This document shows positions 34,981 to 44,448 of a stretch of DNA of 59,462 nucleotides, one piece after another. Numbering within the stretch: position 1 is the stretch's first letter; each line of letters opens with the position of its first letter. The notes below the pieces were generated by a model. It did not search any database, had not been told where the DNA came from, and saw only the letters and a program-made list of their open reading frames with translations. Source of the stretch: a virus (Duplodnaviria > Caudoviricetes); the IMG/VR virus record IMGVR_UViG_3300042197_001662, positions 1 to 59,462 of that record; one strand, 5' to 3'. The position numbers and the translations under genes are program-made.

Positions 34981-35162
34981 GCTTCCACCTCCCAGCGGGT
35001 GATCACGTGCTGTATCAACTCGCGAGTGTGCTGGCACCGTTTCGCTTCCACGGTGTCGCCGGTGCGATGAAGGTGGGCAGCGGCGCCATGTAAGGCCCGC
35101 TCAATCCGTAGCCAGTGCTCACCCGCGAGGGTGACGGTAACGGTCTTGCCTGGTGTGGGCAT
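34977..35162 (-). CDS. Small hypothetical protein
   Basis: MPTPGKTVTVTLAGEHWLRI... Confidence 0.5.
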   Translation of the reverse strand: MPTPGKTVTVTLAGEHWLRIERALHGAAAHLHRTGDTVEAKRCQHTRELIQHVITRWEVEA

Positions 35163-35279
35163 GGGTGGATCCTGCCGGGGTTCGGCTGAGGGTTCGCCTG
35201 TAACAGTAGCACGGCCGCGCCAATGCGCTGGGGGTGGCCTGGTGTGGTACATTACGGGGGCACTACGGCAAACCATGCC

Positions 35280-36092
35280 ATGCAACCCCAAACCCCCAAG
35301 GCCAGCCCCGCACTGTTGGAGCGGATCGAACGGCTTACCGGCTGCGCTGGCCATTGGTGCCTGATTCGGGACGGTGAGCCCGAGCGCGACGGCTTCGGCG
35401 CGTGGCATCAGTCCCCAACGGATCACCTGCAGACTTGCCTCGCTGAACGCTGGCGCGGCGTGTCGTTAGGTTTCGTCCCCAGCTGGTGCGGTTACAGCGA
35501 TTACGCCAGCACCGGCCTAGTGGGCAAGGCGAACTTCAACGTCCTAACCGATCCCGCCAGCACCCCCGACCCCCACGGCGGCATCCTTACCGTTAGCTAC
35601 GGCTGGAACGGTGAGGGTGTGGCGCTGGACTTGCTGAGGGTTCCGGCGGACGTGCTGGAGGCGGTGGAATCGCTGGAGAGTTACCCCCTGTTGTCTGAGG
35701 ATGAGCACTCCAGCCTGGAACTTGCGGCGCAAGATGAGGCATGGCCGGAGGTGGAGCGGGACTTCCTAAAAGACCTGGCGCGAGAGCTTCAGACCTACGC
35801 GCCGGAGGATGCCGACCCCTATTGGGCAGCCGACACCCTAGAGATCTTCTCGGAGGATGGGGCCGTGGCGGAACTGTTCCGCACCGTGGCTGATCGCGCC
35901 GGAATCTATTGGGAGGCAGACGACTATTGCGGCCAATGGATCGACGCCCGCAAGGTAGCCGCCGCAGTCACCCGGGAAGAACTGGCGGAACTGGTGCGGT
36001 TGCCGCTGTTGGCACCAGATCAGGAGTGGCGCCGCGAACCTTACCCGTGGCCGGACGGTTCCCGCGATCCGCTGGCGCCCGCGCTGGTATGA
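35280..36092 (+). CDS. Acidic hypothetical protein (probable early gene)
   Basis: ATG 35280; LESYPLLSEDEHSSLE; divergent small-gene cluster. Confidence 0.65.
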   Translation: MQPQTPKASPALLERIERLTGCAGHWCLIRDGEPERDGFGAWHQSPTDHLQTCLAERWRGVSLGFVPSWCGYSDYASTGLVGKANFNVLTDPASTPDPHGGILTVSYGWNGEGVALDLLRVPADVLEAVESLESYPLLSEDEHSSLELAAQDEAWPEVERDFLKDLARELQTYAPEDADPYWAADTLEIFSEDGAVAELFRTVADRAGIYWEADDYCGQWIDARKVAAAVTREELAELVRLPLLAPDQEWRREPYPWPDGSRDPLAPALV

Positions 36093-36146
36093 CGGCCGGC
36101 TGCCGTGCTAGTGTTTCACACGAGACCCCAACCCTAAGGCTCACCT

Positions 36147-36413
36147 ATGGCAAACACTTTCCAATGGACAGGCTCACACGTCGACGGCTCCCGGGCCTGT
36201 GCGGTGGTGCGCTATTCCGGCCCCACCAATACCCGCGGCAGTCGTTGGCTTGCTTCGATTAAGCGGGACAATCAGAACACCTGGCGCGGTTCTGCCACAT
36301 TTGAGGAAGGCCCCATCACCGCAGCGTTGCGGGCCGCCAGCAAGGCTAGCGTTGAGTGGCAAGCCGTCACCTGCCACAGCATCGACCCCGACACCTATTG
36401 CGTGGGGTTCTGA
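36147..36413 (+). CDS. Hypothetical protein (probable early gene)
   Basis: RYSGPTNTRGSRW.A; preceded by TGcTAGTGT extended -10-like element. Confidence 0.65.
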   Translation: MANTFQWTGSHVDGSRACAVVRYSGPTNTRGSRWLASIKRDNQNTWRGSATFEEGPITAALRAASKASVEWQAVTCHSIDPDTYCVGF

Positions 36414-36592
36414 TGCTGTACAACGTGTGGCTTTTACGTGAGGACGGCAGCCCGTCTCCGGCTGGCCCTTCCCGGATCACAGCTTCCGGGATTGTCGATG
36501 CTCAACGTGTGGCCCTGGCCACGCTGCAGGAGTTACAGGCTGCAGGTGCGCTCACCGGCTGGAGCGTTAAGACTGTGACGGAAGCGGGCTAA
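36413..36592 (+). CDS. Small hypothetical protein
   Basis: TGATG coupling. Confidence 0.5.
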   Translation: MLYNVWLLREDGSPSPAGPSRITASGIVDAQRVALATLQELQAAGALTGWSVKTVTEAG

Positions 36593-36614
36593 GTCGGCAC
36601 CGGCAGACCTTACG

Positions 36615-36638
36615 GCACCGCTCCGGCGGTGCTTTTTT
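36615..36638 (+). terminator. Rho-independent terminator
   Basis: GCACCGC-TCCG-GCGGTGC-TTTTTT. Confidence 0.85.
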
Positions 36639-36674
36639 ATGGGCGCCAGAGGTTAGCATGAGGCCAGATAGTTT

Positions 36675-37145
36675 GTGATGCTAACCGTGGAGGATTCCAC
36701 CGGCCAGGATGTAAACAAAGAACCCCTGACGGTGGCGAACGATCCCACCAAACGGTGGCGCGGCGGCAAGGGTTCCCAGGTTCGGATGGATGAGCGGATG
36801 AACTTCGCCTATGCGGCGATGCTGGAGGGTGGCACTAGGCGCCAAGTCCTGCAGAAAGTGATGGATCGCTTTTCGGTGTCTGAGGTTACGGCGGGCCGAG
36901 ACTATTCGGCTGCCATGCAGATTCTTAAGACGGAACAAATCGAGACACGTGAGAATCTGCTAAACCAAATACAGGCACTGCGTCTAGCTACGGTTCAGAA
37001 AGCTCTCAGAAAGGGCCAGCTTCAGACTGTGGCGATGCTGTTGAAAGACATGGGCGCTGTCATCGGTGAGGCCGCACCGGAACAGCTGGCGCAAGCGGCG
37101 CCCCAGCTGTCGATCGTTGTGGAAGATAAGCGGCAGCCGTCTTAG
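36675..37145 (+). CDS. terS: Putative terminase small subunit
   Basis: HTH-like segment, helical core, C-terminal beta strand LSIVVE; upstream of terL. Confidence 0.6.
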   Translation: MMLTVEDSTGQDVNKEPLTVANDPTKRWRGGKGSQVRMDERMNFAYAAMLEGGTRRQVLQKVMDRFSVSEVTAGRDYSAAMQILKTEQIETRENLLNQIQALRLATVQKALRKGQLQTVAMLLKDMGAVIGEAAPEQLAQAAPQLSIVVEDKRQPS

Positions 37146-37525
37146 GTTGAGACAGTAGACAGCGCACCAGCTGGCACAAACCGCCCTAGCCGCGGCCGCA
37201 TCCGGTTCTATTGTCATAGGGAAGCAAACACAGCTCACCCATGCTCTATCGCGCAACCTTCCGCTACCCCACCACCAAGGCCGGCGGCGTTACCGGTTAC
37301 GGCTTCTACCTGGAGGCCGCCGACCTGGAGGCCGCCACCGCTAAGGCCGCAGCCCGTTGCTCCGCAGCTGCCACGCTTGAGTCCGTGACCCTGGCCCCCC
37401 AGGCCTGCCAGCGATGAGAGCCGCCATCGTCGCCGGGCTGCTGGTGCTGGCCGCCAGCTGCACCGCTCCAGCGCTCACCCTTGCCCTCCTGGCCGCCGCC
37501 GCTGGCGTGGCGAGACCGCTGCGGG

Positions 37526-37697
37526 TTTGATAATCGTTCTCGTTCTCGCCCCAGGAAAAAAGAAACTTTCCGGGGCGAACACTTGTACTATTCGCAATAG
37601 GGGGGAGAGTTGCGAAAATAGTACGCTTGTACGGGGGTGCGGGGAACCTACTGGTACATTCGCAATTCCTTCCTCTGTTACACACCGGGGGCAGGGG
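37526..37697. promoter_or_regulatory. Motif-dense terS-terL intergenic region, candidate packaging-initiation site
   Basis: TTTGATAATCGTTCTCGTTCTC; three TTCGCAA copies (one inverted); several G4-G7 runs. Confidence 0.45.
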
Positions 37698-37740
37698 TCG
37701 AAATCGTGTAATACCCTAGAAGGTACCCGTCTACTACAAG

Positions 37741-38991
37741 ATGCCCGAAGCGGCTGGTGCACTAACGCTGAGATACGCCCAAGGCCAAGTCTTCAACAGC
37801 CGCAAACGCTTCAGAGTGCTGGTTGCAGGCCGCCGCTTCGGCAAAAGCTACCTCTCGTGCATCGAATTATTGCGTGGGGCGATCGAAAGGCCGGGCGAAA
37901 CTTTCTTCTACGCGGCCCCTACATACCGGATGGCGAAGGACATCGCCTGGAAGGTAATGAAAAAACTGGTCCCCAAAGCCTGGATCAAGAGCAAAAACGA
38001 GACCGACCTCAAGATTGAACTCGTCAACGGCTCCACCATCGAACTAAAAGGCACCGAAAACGCCATGGCCCTACGCGGCCGAAGCCTCGCTGGCGTGGTG
38101 CTCGACGAAGCCGCCTTCATGTCCAGCGACGTCTGGTTCGAAGTCATCCGCCCCGCCCTCGCCGACAAACAAGGCTGGGCACTCTTCATCTCCACGCCCG
38201 ATGGCACGGCCAGCTGGTTCTACGAACTCTGGCAATATGCCGAAACCGGCGATTCCGACTGGAGCCGCTGGCAATTCACGACGATCGACGGCGATAACGT
38301 CCCACCGGAAGAAATCGAAGCCGCCCGCAGCCAACTCGATGCTCGCACCTTCCGTCAAGAATTTGAGGCCAGCTTCGAGAATCTCAGCGGTCTCGTTGCC
38401 GTCTCCTTTGGAGACGAAAACATTTCCACAAAAGCAGTCGACATCCCCGCCTTGCCACTGATGGTGGGCGTGGACTTTAACAACGATCCGATGTCTGGAA
38501 TCGTCGCCGTCCGCCACGACAACAACCTATTTGTCATCGACGAAATCATTTTGACCGGCGGCGCCACCACCTGGGATTTTTGCGACGAACTAATCAGCCG
38601 CTACGGCGTAGAGCGCCGCATCATTACCTGCCCAGACCCAACTGGAGCAGCCCGTAAAACCAGCGGTGTCGGCTATACCGACCACAATATTCTCCGCAAA
38701 TCAGGCTTCACTGTCTCCAGTCCCCGCTCCCCCTGGAAAATCCGCGACAAGATCACCTGCGTCAACACTGCATTACTAGATGCCGCCGGCAACCGCCGTA
38801 CTTTTATCCATCCCAAATGTAAAGAGCTAATCAAGTCCCTCCGTACTTTGACTTATTCCCCTGGCACTGGCCTCCCCAACAAAAACCTTGGCGTCGACCA
38901 CGCCTTTGACGCCTTTGGGTATATGTGCCTACAAGTCTTCAACCTCGCCAAACCCGAAACCCTTGGCTCGACTAGCTATCGAATTTACTAA
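37741..38991 (+). CDS. terL: Terminase large subunit
   Basis: VAGRRFGKS Walker A, VVLDEAA Walker B, ISTP, VGVDF nuclease, DHAFDAFGY. Confidence 0.95.
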   Translation: MPEAAGALTLRYAQGQVFNSRKRFRVLVAGRRFGKSYLSCIELLRGAIERPGETFFYAAPTYRMAKDIAWKVMKKLVPKAWIKSKNETDLKIELVNGSTIELKGTENAMALRGRSLAGVVLDEAAFMSSDVWFEVIRPALADKQGWALFISTPDGTASWFYELWQYAETGDSDWSRWQFTTIDGDNVPPEEIEAARSQLDARTFRQEFEASFENLSGLVAVSFGDENISTKAVDIPALPLMVGVDFNNDPMSGIVAVRHDNNLFVIDEIILTGGATTWDFCDELISRYGVERRIITCPDPTGAARKTSGVGYTDHNILRKSGFTVSSPRSPWKIRDKITCVNTALLDAAGNRRTFIHPKCKELIKSLRTLTYSPGTGLPNKNLGVDHAFDAFGYMCLQVFNLAKPETLGSTSYRIY

Positions 38992-39481
38992 TTAACAACT
39001 GCACAGCATCTCTAGCTTCTTCAGCAGTATCAAAACTGGGCGTCGAGTATAACTTCTTATCTCTACGGATCTGCCCTACCCACTTACGTTTACGCCTATA
39101 GACATTTTTAAAGGGAGACTTGCGTCTTTTATGTCCCTTTTGATTAGCTACATTCTGCCCCCTTTTAACAAGCCGCAAGTTACACCATCTATTATCTAAA
39201 CCGTTTCCATTTATATGATCTACCATTAAACTGCCCGGATCTTCACTGGTCATATACATCCAAATAAGACGATGTGCATAGTAATTAATCCCCTTAAACA
39301 TTCCCGCATAGTAATACTTTGTACTGTTTGATCCTGCCGTGGGGCGATTTTTACTGCCAAAGCGTGTCCCAGCAACTACTCGACACCGAGGATCAGGCAA
39401 CTGCCATATCAAGTCCCCAGTTGCTGGATCGTAAAACAAACATTCTTGCAAGATGTCTTGGGGCGGAAGGGGTTTCGGCAT
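38972..39481 (-). CDS. HNH endonuclease with AP2-like domain
   Basis: YDPATG, AHRLIW, VDHINGNGLDNRWCNLR; AT-rich; antisense to the late operon. Confidence 0.9.
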   Translation of the reverse strand: MPKPLPPQDILQECLFYDPATGDLIWQLPDPRCRVVAGTRFGSKNRPTAGSNSTKYYYAGMFKGINYYAHRLIWMYMTSEDPGSLMVDHINGNGLDNRWCNLRLVKRGQNVANQKGHKRRKSPFKNVYRRKRKWVGQIRRDKKLYSTPSFDTAEEARDAVQLLISKFDS

Positions 39482-39541
39482 GACTTGAACAGACTGTATG
39501 TAGATCCTAGCACGCTACAATGGAGTATTGACACAGGTGCC

Positions 39542-39721
39542 ATGGCCAAAAAACCTACAAAAGCCCAGAAAAAGGTCGAAAAAGTGATGCGCGAATACGG
39601 CGCTGGCACTTTGAAGTCCAGCTCGGGCCAAAAAGTAACCAGCCGCAAACAAGCAATCGCTATTGCACTGTCTGAGGCCGGCAAATCTCGCCCCAAAACC
39701 ACTAAAAAAGGTAAGAAATAG
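39542..39721 (+). CDS. Small basic protein (DUF6496-like)
   Basis: KVEKVMREY..G.LKS.SG.KVTSRKQAIAIALSEA. Confidence 0.7.
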   Translation: MAKKPTKAQKKVEKVMREYGAGTLKSSSGQKVTSRKQAIAIALSEAGKSRPKTTKKGKK

Positions 39722-39723
39722 CC

Positions 39724-39885
39724 ATGAAAGCCAAAAAACCCGGCCTTTACGCCAACATCGCGGCCAAACGCAAGCGCATCGCTGCCGGCAGCGGCGAAAA
39801 AATGCGTAAGCCTGGCACCAAAGGCGCCCCCACCGCCGCCGCCTTCAAAGCCGCTGCCAAAACGGCCAAAAAACCCAAAAAGTAA
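39724..39885 (+). CDS. Small Lys/Ala-rich protein (below ORF-track cutoff)
   Basis: MKAKKPGLYANIAAKRKRI..GSGEKMRKPG.KGAPT..AFK.AAKTAKK. Confidence 0.7.
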   Translation: MKAKKPGLYANIAAKRKRIAAGSGEKMRKPGTKGAPTAAAFKAAAKTAKKPKK

Positions 39886-39891
39886 CGCCCC

Positions 39892-40257
39892 ATGGCCACT
39901 GGAACCGGCACCGTCTACGACGGCGAACTAACGATCTACCCCGCCCAAAGCCGCACCACGGCAGGCCTTTTGACGTTCAGCGACGTCACCGCAGGCCACA
40001 CCTGCTTCCAAGTCGTCGTCACCGGCTTCGTCTCGGGCCACATCGACATCGACTTCTACGGCAGCCTCGATAACACCAGCTACGGCAAAGTCACCGCCGC
40101 CACCAAACACGCTGGAGCCCAACGAATCAGCGCCAACGGCACTTACCTGTACTTCGTCCAAGACAAGCCCGTCCGCAGCTACCAATTCGAGGTCGTCACC
40201 ATCACAGAAGCCGGCCCCACCATCACCGTTACGCTTGGAGCACTTTCCGACAGCTGA
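39892..40257 (+). CDS. Beta-rich putative virion protein
   Basis: 121 aa; GSLDNTSY motif; late operon. Confidence 0.55.
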   Translation: MATGTGTVYDGELTIYPAQSRTTAGLLTFSDVTAGHTCFQVVVTGFVSGHIDIDFYGSLDNTSYGKVTAATKHAGAQRISANGTYLYFVQDKPVRSYQFEVVTITEAGPTITVTLGALSDS

Positions 40258-40258
40258 C

Positions 40259-40441
40259 ATGGAAATTACCCTCGAAATGCTCGACGTAATCGAGCTTGTC
40301 AAAGGCAAGCGCAACCCCCGGCTCTGGGACCCCCGCTGCGCCCGCTTCCTCGCCAAGCAAGCCGCCCTTGCCGCAACCCCGAAAAAAGCCAAAAAAGAGG
40401 TCGCGGCTGCCCTGGAACTCGTCGAAGAAATCATCAACTAA
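40259..40441 (+). CDS. Small hypothetical protein
   Basis: ITLEMLDVIE.VKGKRNP.LWDPRC. Confidence 0.55.
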   Translation: MEITLEMLDVIELVKGKRNPRLWDPRCARFLAKQAALAATPKKAKKEVAAALELVEEIIN

Positions 40442-40472
40442 ACTCCAGTTATCCCCTACTGCATAACGACCC

Positions 40473-40889
40473 GTGGCATTTTTTCGCGGCGAGGAGGGCT
40501 CCATCAGCTTCAAGGACAGCAGTGGCGCCGTCGCCGCCGTGTCCGCCACCCGCAGCTGGAGCTTCACCATTAACAAAGACACCCTGGACGTCACCGATCA
40601 AGGTTCGACCAGCCGTGAGTTCATCGGCAGCCTGCTGTCCGGCAGCGGCAGCGCCGAAGTGATGTACACCGCCCCCGGCGCTGGCGAAACCCTGAACTTC
40701 ATCGACGACGTTCTTACCACCCGCGATCAAACTGACGCCCAGTTTGAACTCTTTTTGGATACCACTGGCACCAAAAAGATTACTTTTACCGGCATCATTA
40801 CGAGCGCCGATTACAGCGCCACCGTGGGCGAACTGGAAGTTGTAACCGTCAACTTCATCAGCAGCGGCGCCATCACCGCCTCCATCTAA
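40473..40889 (+). CDS. Putative major tail (tube) protein, copy A
   Basis: G..G.I, WSF.I..D.LDVT, SGSGS, F.GII.S, F..SGAI tail-tube pattern. Confidence 0.7.
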   Translation: MAFFRGEEGSISFKDSSGAVAAVSATRSWSFTINKDTLDVTDQGSTSREFIGSLLSGSGSAEVMYTAPGAGETLNFIDDVLTTRDQTDAQFELFLDTTGTKKITFTGIITSADYSATVGELEVVTVNFISSGAITASI

Positions 40890-40941
40890 TAAACCCCACA
40901 ACTAGGCCATAGACTGGAGCAAAAGTTCCCCTGCTCCAGTC

Positions 40942-41358
40942 ATGGCTTTCTTTCGTGGCGAGGAAGGCTCCGTCAAATTCGAAAATGACGGCAGCACTAC
41001 AGTCGCTCTGGCATCTACCCGCAGCTGGTCCCTGACCATCAACAAGGACACGCTGGACGTGACCGACCACGGCTCCACCAGCCGCGAGTTTGTGGGCGGC
41101 CTGATCTCGGGCAGCGGCAGCGTAGAACTGATGTACACGGCTTCGAGCGCCGACGAAACCGCCGCCTTCCTGCAAGACGTCCTTACCACCGAGGACAGCG
41201 CCAACGCCGCCTTCGAACTCTTCCTTGACACCAGCGGTGGCAAGAAGATCGCCTTCTCGGGCATCATCACCAGCATGGACACCTCCGCCACGGTGGGCGA
41301 ACTGGAGGTGATTACCTGCAACTTCATCACCTCGGGCGCCATCACCGCCTCCATCTGA
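40942..41358 (+). CDS. Putative major tail (tube) protein, copy B
   Basis: Gapless 138-aa alignment with copy A, 97/138 identical by hand count. Confidence 0.7.
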   Translation: MAFFRGEEGSVKFENDGSTTVALASTRSWSLTINKDTLDVTDHGSTSREFVGGLISGSGSVELMYTASSADETAAFLQDVLTTEDSANAAFELFLDTSGGKKIAFSGIITSMDTSATVGELEVITCNFITSGAITASI

Positions 41359-41558
41359 TGACGATCCAAACCGTCACTGGCGGTTGCATCCACGTCGAGA
41401 TTGACGCGGAGGACGGCACTACGCACGCCACATTCGTGTTTAGAACGCCCTCCCTCCCCGAAACCCTCGGCGGTTTTATCACGATGCTCGCCCAAGGCAT
41501 CGAAATCCTGGTGCCTATCGCCGACCCAGACGACGAGGAAGACGACGATGACGATTGA
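41358..41558 (+). CDS. Small protein with poly-Asp tail
   Basis: 66 aa, TGATG-coupled. Confidence 0.55.
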   Translation: MTIQTVTGGCIHVEIDAEDGTTHATFVFRTPSLPETLGGFITMLAQGIEILVPIADPDDEEDDDDD

Positions 41559-41823
41559 ATACCGCGGCGAAAAATTCGCCGGCTACAACAAACCCAAACG
41601 CACCCCTAATCACCCCACTAAATCACACGTTGTCCTTGCAAAACAAGGCGACGAAGTAAAACTAATCCGCTTCGGACAACAAGGCGTATCCGGCTCTCCC
41701 AAACGCACTGGAGAATCCGAGGCTGACCGCAAACGCCGCGAAGCGTTCAAAGCAAGGCACGCGGCTAACATCAAGAAAGGAAAGATGTCGGCCGCTTACT
41801 GGGCGGATCGCACCAAATGGTGA
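41548..41823 (+). CDS. Basic phage protein, homologue of 6160..6531
   Basis: KPKRTPNHPTKSHVV..IRFGQQG..SAAYWADRTKW*. Confidence 0.75.
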   Translation: MTIEYRGEKFAGYNKPKRTPNHPTKSHVVLAKQGDEVKLIRFGQQGVSGSPKRTGESEADRKRREAFKARHAANIKKGKMSAAYWADRTKW

Positions 41824-41827
41824 CTAA

Positions 41828-43369
41828 ATGACCTACTCAGTACCCGGCCAATTCCCCACCCATATCGTCTCCACGACCTACGAAGCTGGAGCCGATAGCC
41901 CTTTCATCCGCACAGCCGCCGTGCTGGACATGATGAAGGGCTGGGAAATCATGAAAGCCGTAACCCGCGGCACCGAATATCTCCGCGAAAACAGCGAAGC
42001 CTTCCTCCCACTGGAACCCCGCGAGGACTACCGGGCTTACATGAGCCGGGTCAACCGCGCCGTCTTCTCTCCTTATACGCAGCGCCTGATTCGTGCTGCC
42101 GCCGGCCTAATCCTCCGCAAACCCATCGCCCTCGAAGGCGACCCCTACTGGCGAGAAATTTTTGCCAAGGATGTTGACGGCTGCGGCTCCGACCTGGACG
42201 AATATGCCCGCCGCCTGCTGCTGTGCAGCCTGACCTACGGCCAAGCCCACACCCTGGTGGACTTTCCCGCCCCTTCTAACGCCCGCAGCCTGGCCGAAGA
42301 ACGCGCCCAAGGCCGCCGCCCCTACTGGGTCGAGATCGACCCCTACAACATCTACGGCTGGCGCTTGGACCGCGACGCCGCCTACGGCACCCTCACCCAA
42401 GTCCGCATCTACGAAAAAGCGGTGGTGCCCGAGGGCCGCTTCGGCGAAAAAACCTACGAGCAAATCCGCGTCATCGAACCCGGCCGCTACGAGGTCTACC
42501 GCCAACGCCAAGCCATGAAGCCCCTGGGTCCTGGCTTCGCGGAACCCAACATCCAAAACGGCGACTACGAACTAATCGACTCGGGCACCTACAGCCTGGG
42601 CGCCATCCCCCTCGTGACCACCTACTCCAACAAAGTGGACACGATGGTGAGCCGCCCACCACTGATCGACGTCGCCTACCTCAACCTGGCCCACTTCCAA
42701 CGCCAGGCGGACCTCATCCACAGCCTCCACATCGCATCCCAACCGATGCTTGTCCTTGAGGGCTGGGACGACCAGACCAAGGACATGGCCATCAGCGTCA
42801 ACTACGCCATCGCCACCCAACCGGGCAACAAGGTTTATTACGTCGAGCCCGCATCTAGCGCCTTCGAGGCCCAATCCAACGAAATCAAAGAACTCCAGCA
42901 GCAGATGTCCACTTTGGGCATCAGCACGCTGAGCCAGCAAAAGTTTGTCGCCGAGTCTGCCGACGCCCGCCGCCTGGATCGCGTTGACACCAACTCAATG
43001 CTAGCCGCCGTCAGCCTCGACCTGGAGCAAACCCTCCAAAAAGCATTTGACTACGCCGCCGCCTACCTCGGTCTGGAACCGCCTGAAGTCAGCATCAGCC
43101 GCGACTTCGACATCAACCGCCTGATCGGCCAAGACGTCACCGCGATCACCGCCCTCTTCGACAAGGGCGTCATCAGCCTCGGCGAAGTCCGCGCCATCCT
43201 CGCCCAGGGCGAAATCCTGCCCTCCCTAGAAGTCGGCGATCTCCCTGAAGAAGAACCCGACGAAATCGAAGACGAAATGGAGAACGAAGAATCTCCCGGC
43301 GAGGAAGAAGACACCGAAGATCTGACCCCAGACCGCATGGAGCAGCTCATCAACGCCCTGCTCCAGTAA
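41828..43369 (+). CDS. Portal protein (DUF4055-like)
   Basis: 513 aa; FLP.EPRE...Y..R..RA, YG....LVD.P, RPYW, IP.V, PPL.D.A.LN..H; position between terL and scaffold/capsid. Confidence 0.85.
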   Translation: MTYSVPGQFPTHIVSTTYEAGADSPFIRTAAVLDMMKGWEIMKAVTRGTEYLRENSEAFLPLEPREDYRAYMSRVNRAVFSPYTQRLIRAAAGLILRKPIALEGDPYWREIFAKDVDGCGSDLDEYARRLLLCSLTYGQAHTLVDFPAPSNARSLAEERAQGRRPYWVEIDPYNIYGWRLDRDAAYGTLTQVRIYEKAVVPEGRFGEKTYEQIRVIEPGRYEVYRQRQAMKPLGPGFAEPNIQNGDYELIDSGTYSLGAIPLVTTYSNKVDTMVSRPPLIDVAYLNLAHFQRQADLIHSLHIASQPMLVLEGWDDQTKDMAISVNYAIATQPGNKVYYVEPASSAFEAQSNEIKELQQQMSTLGISTLSQQKFVAESADARRLDRVDTNSMLAAVSLDLEQTLQKAFDYAAAYLGLEPPEVSISRDFDINRLIGQDVTAITALFDKGVISLGEVRAILAQGEILPSLEVGDLPEEEPDEIEDEMENEESPGEEEDTEDLTPDRMEQLINALLQ

Positions 43370-43372
43370 GCC

Positions 43373-44401
43373 ATGGCTACTAAGCAGGAATACTTAACGC
43401 TTGCCCAGGTCACCGCCCTGGTGAAGCTGGCGCGTGACATCAAGAACGTCAACAGCCTGCTGTCCGGCGACGGCCCGCCAACCACCGAAGGCCGCAAGGG
43501 CGACTGGTACATCAATACCCGCACTGCCGAGCTTTACGGCCCCCGTACCACCAGCGGCTGGAACGACAGCCCACTTCCGCTATCTGGCGACGCCCGCCAC
43601 TCTGAACTACTCATCAACGGCAACCTGAGCAGCGGTGGCGGCTCCGGCACAGCCGGCACTATCACCATCGGCACAGTCACAACCGGCGAACCCGGATCCT
43701 CAGCAACGGTCACAAACGTCGGCACCGCTGAAGCCGCAATCCTTAACTTCAGCATCCCGCGTGGGGCAACAGGTAACACAGGTGCTGCGGGCTCCACTGG
43801 TGCTACAGGCGCAACCGGCGCCACAGGACCACAAGGTCCCCAAGGCCCCCAAGGCGAACAAGGTCCAGCTGGAGCAACCGGCCCTCAGGGCATCCAAGGC
43901 GCTAAAGGCGACAAGGGCGACCAAGGTGAAACAGGTCTTACTGGGGCTACTGGCCCCCAAGGTCCTCAAGGCGATACCGGTCCTCAAGGCCCCCAAGGCG
44001 ACCAAGGACCCCAAGGTTTAACCGGCGCTACGGGCGCTACCGGAGCCACCGGCGCAACAGGTCCCCAGGGCGCCACAGGTGCAACAGGACCCCAAGGCCC
44101 TCAGGGCGAAACCGGCCCCCAAGGCATCCAAGGCGCCACAGGCCCAGCTGGCAGCGACGCCACCGTCACCGCTGGAACAGGCATCAGCGTCAGCTCAGGT
44201 GTCGTCTCCTTAAACACGACCTTCCTAACCACCAACGCATACCTACAAGTCCCAACTGGAACAACACTCCAGCGCCCCGGTACACCCGCCACCGGAATGA
44301 TCCGGTTTAACACCACCGCCGGATGCTTTGAGGGCTACACAGGCAGCGCCTGGGTCAACCTATCGCCCACCGGCATCGACGACGTTGGCGCAACTGTGTG
44401 A
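43373..44401 (+). CDS. Collagen-like (Gly-X-Y) fibre protein
   Basis: Long GPQ/GAT repeat run; GDWYINT...LYGP; P.GTT.QRP...GMIRFNT. Confidence 0.85.
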   Translation: MATKQEYLTLAQVTALVKLARDIKNVNSLLSGDGPPTTEGRKGDWYINTRTAELYGPRTTSGWNDSPLPLSGDARHSELLINGNLSSGGGSGTAGTITIGTVTTGEPGSSATVTNVGTAEAAILNFSIPRGATGNTGAAGSTGATGATGATGPQGPQGPQGEQGPAGATGPQGIQGAKGDKGDQGETGLTGATGPQGPQGDTGPQGPQGDQGPQGLTGATGATGATGATGPQGATGATGPQGPQGETGPQGIQGATGPAGSDATVTAGTGISVSSGVVSLNTTFLTTNAYLQVPTGTTLQRPGTPATGMIRFNTTAGCFEGYTGSAWVNLSPTGIDDVGATV

Positions 44402-44448
44402 CTTTAGTTCTTCTGCAGTAGACTACAAATGCCTAATTCCCAGTTCTC

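Noticed and set aside
22200-37740. A single GC-skew switch marking origin or terminus
   Set aside because: Spot counts were C-rich near 24.3 and 38.1 kb but G-rich near 28.6 and 35.6 kb; too patchy to call without computing cumulative skew
43760-44155. Tandem DNA repeats as a non-coding element
   Set aside because: Explained by Gly-X-Y collagen coding with varied third positions
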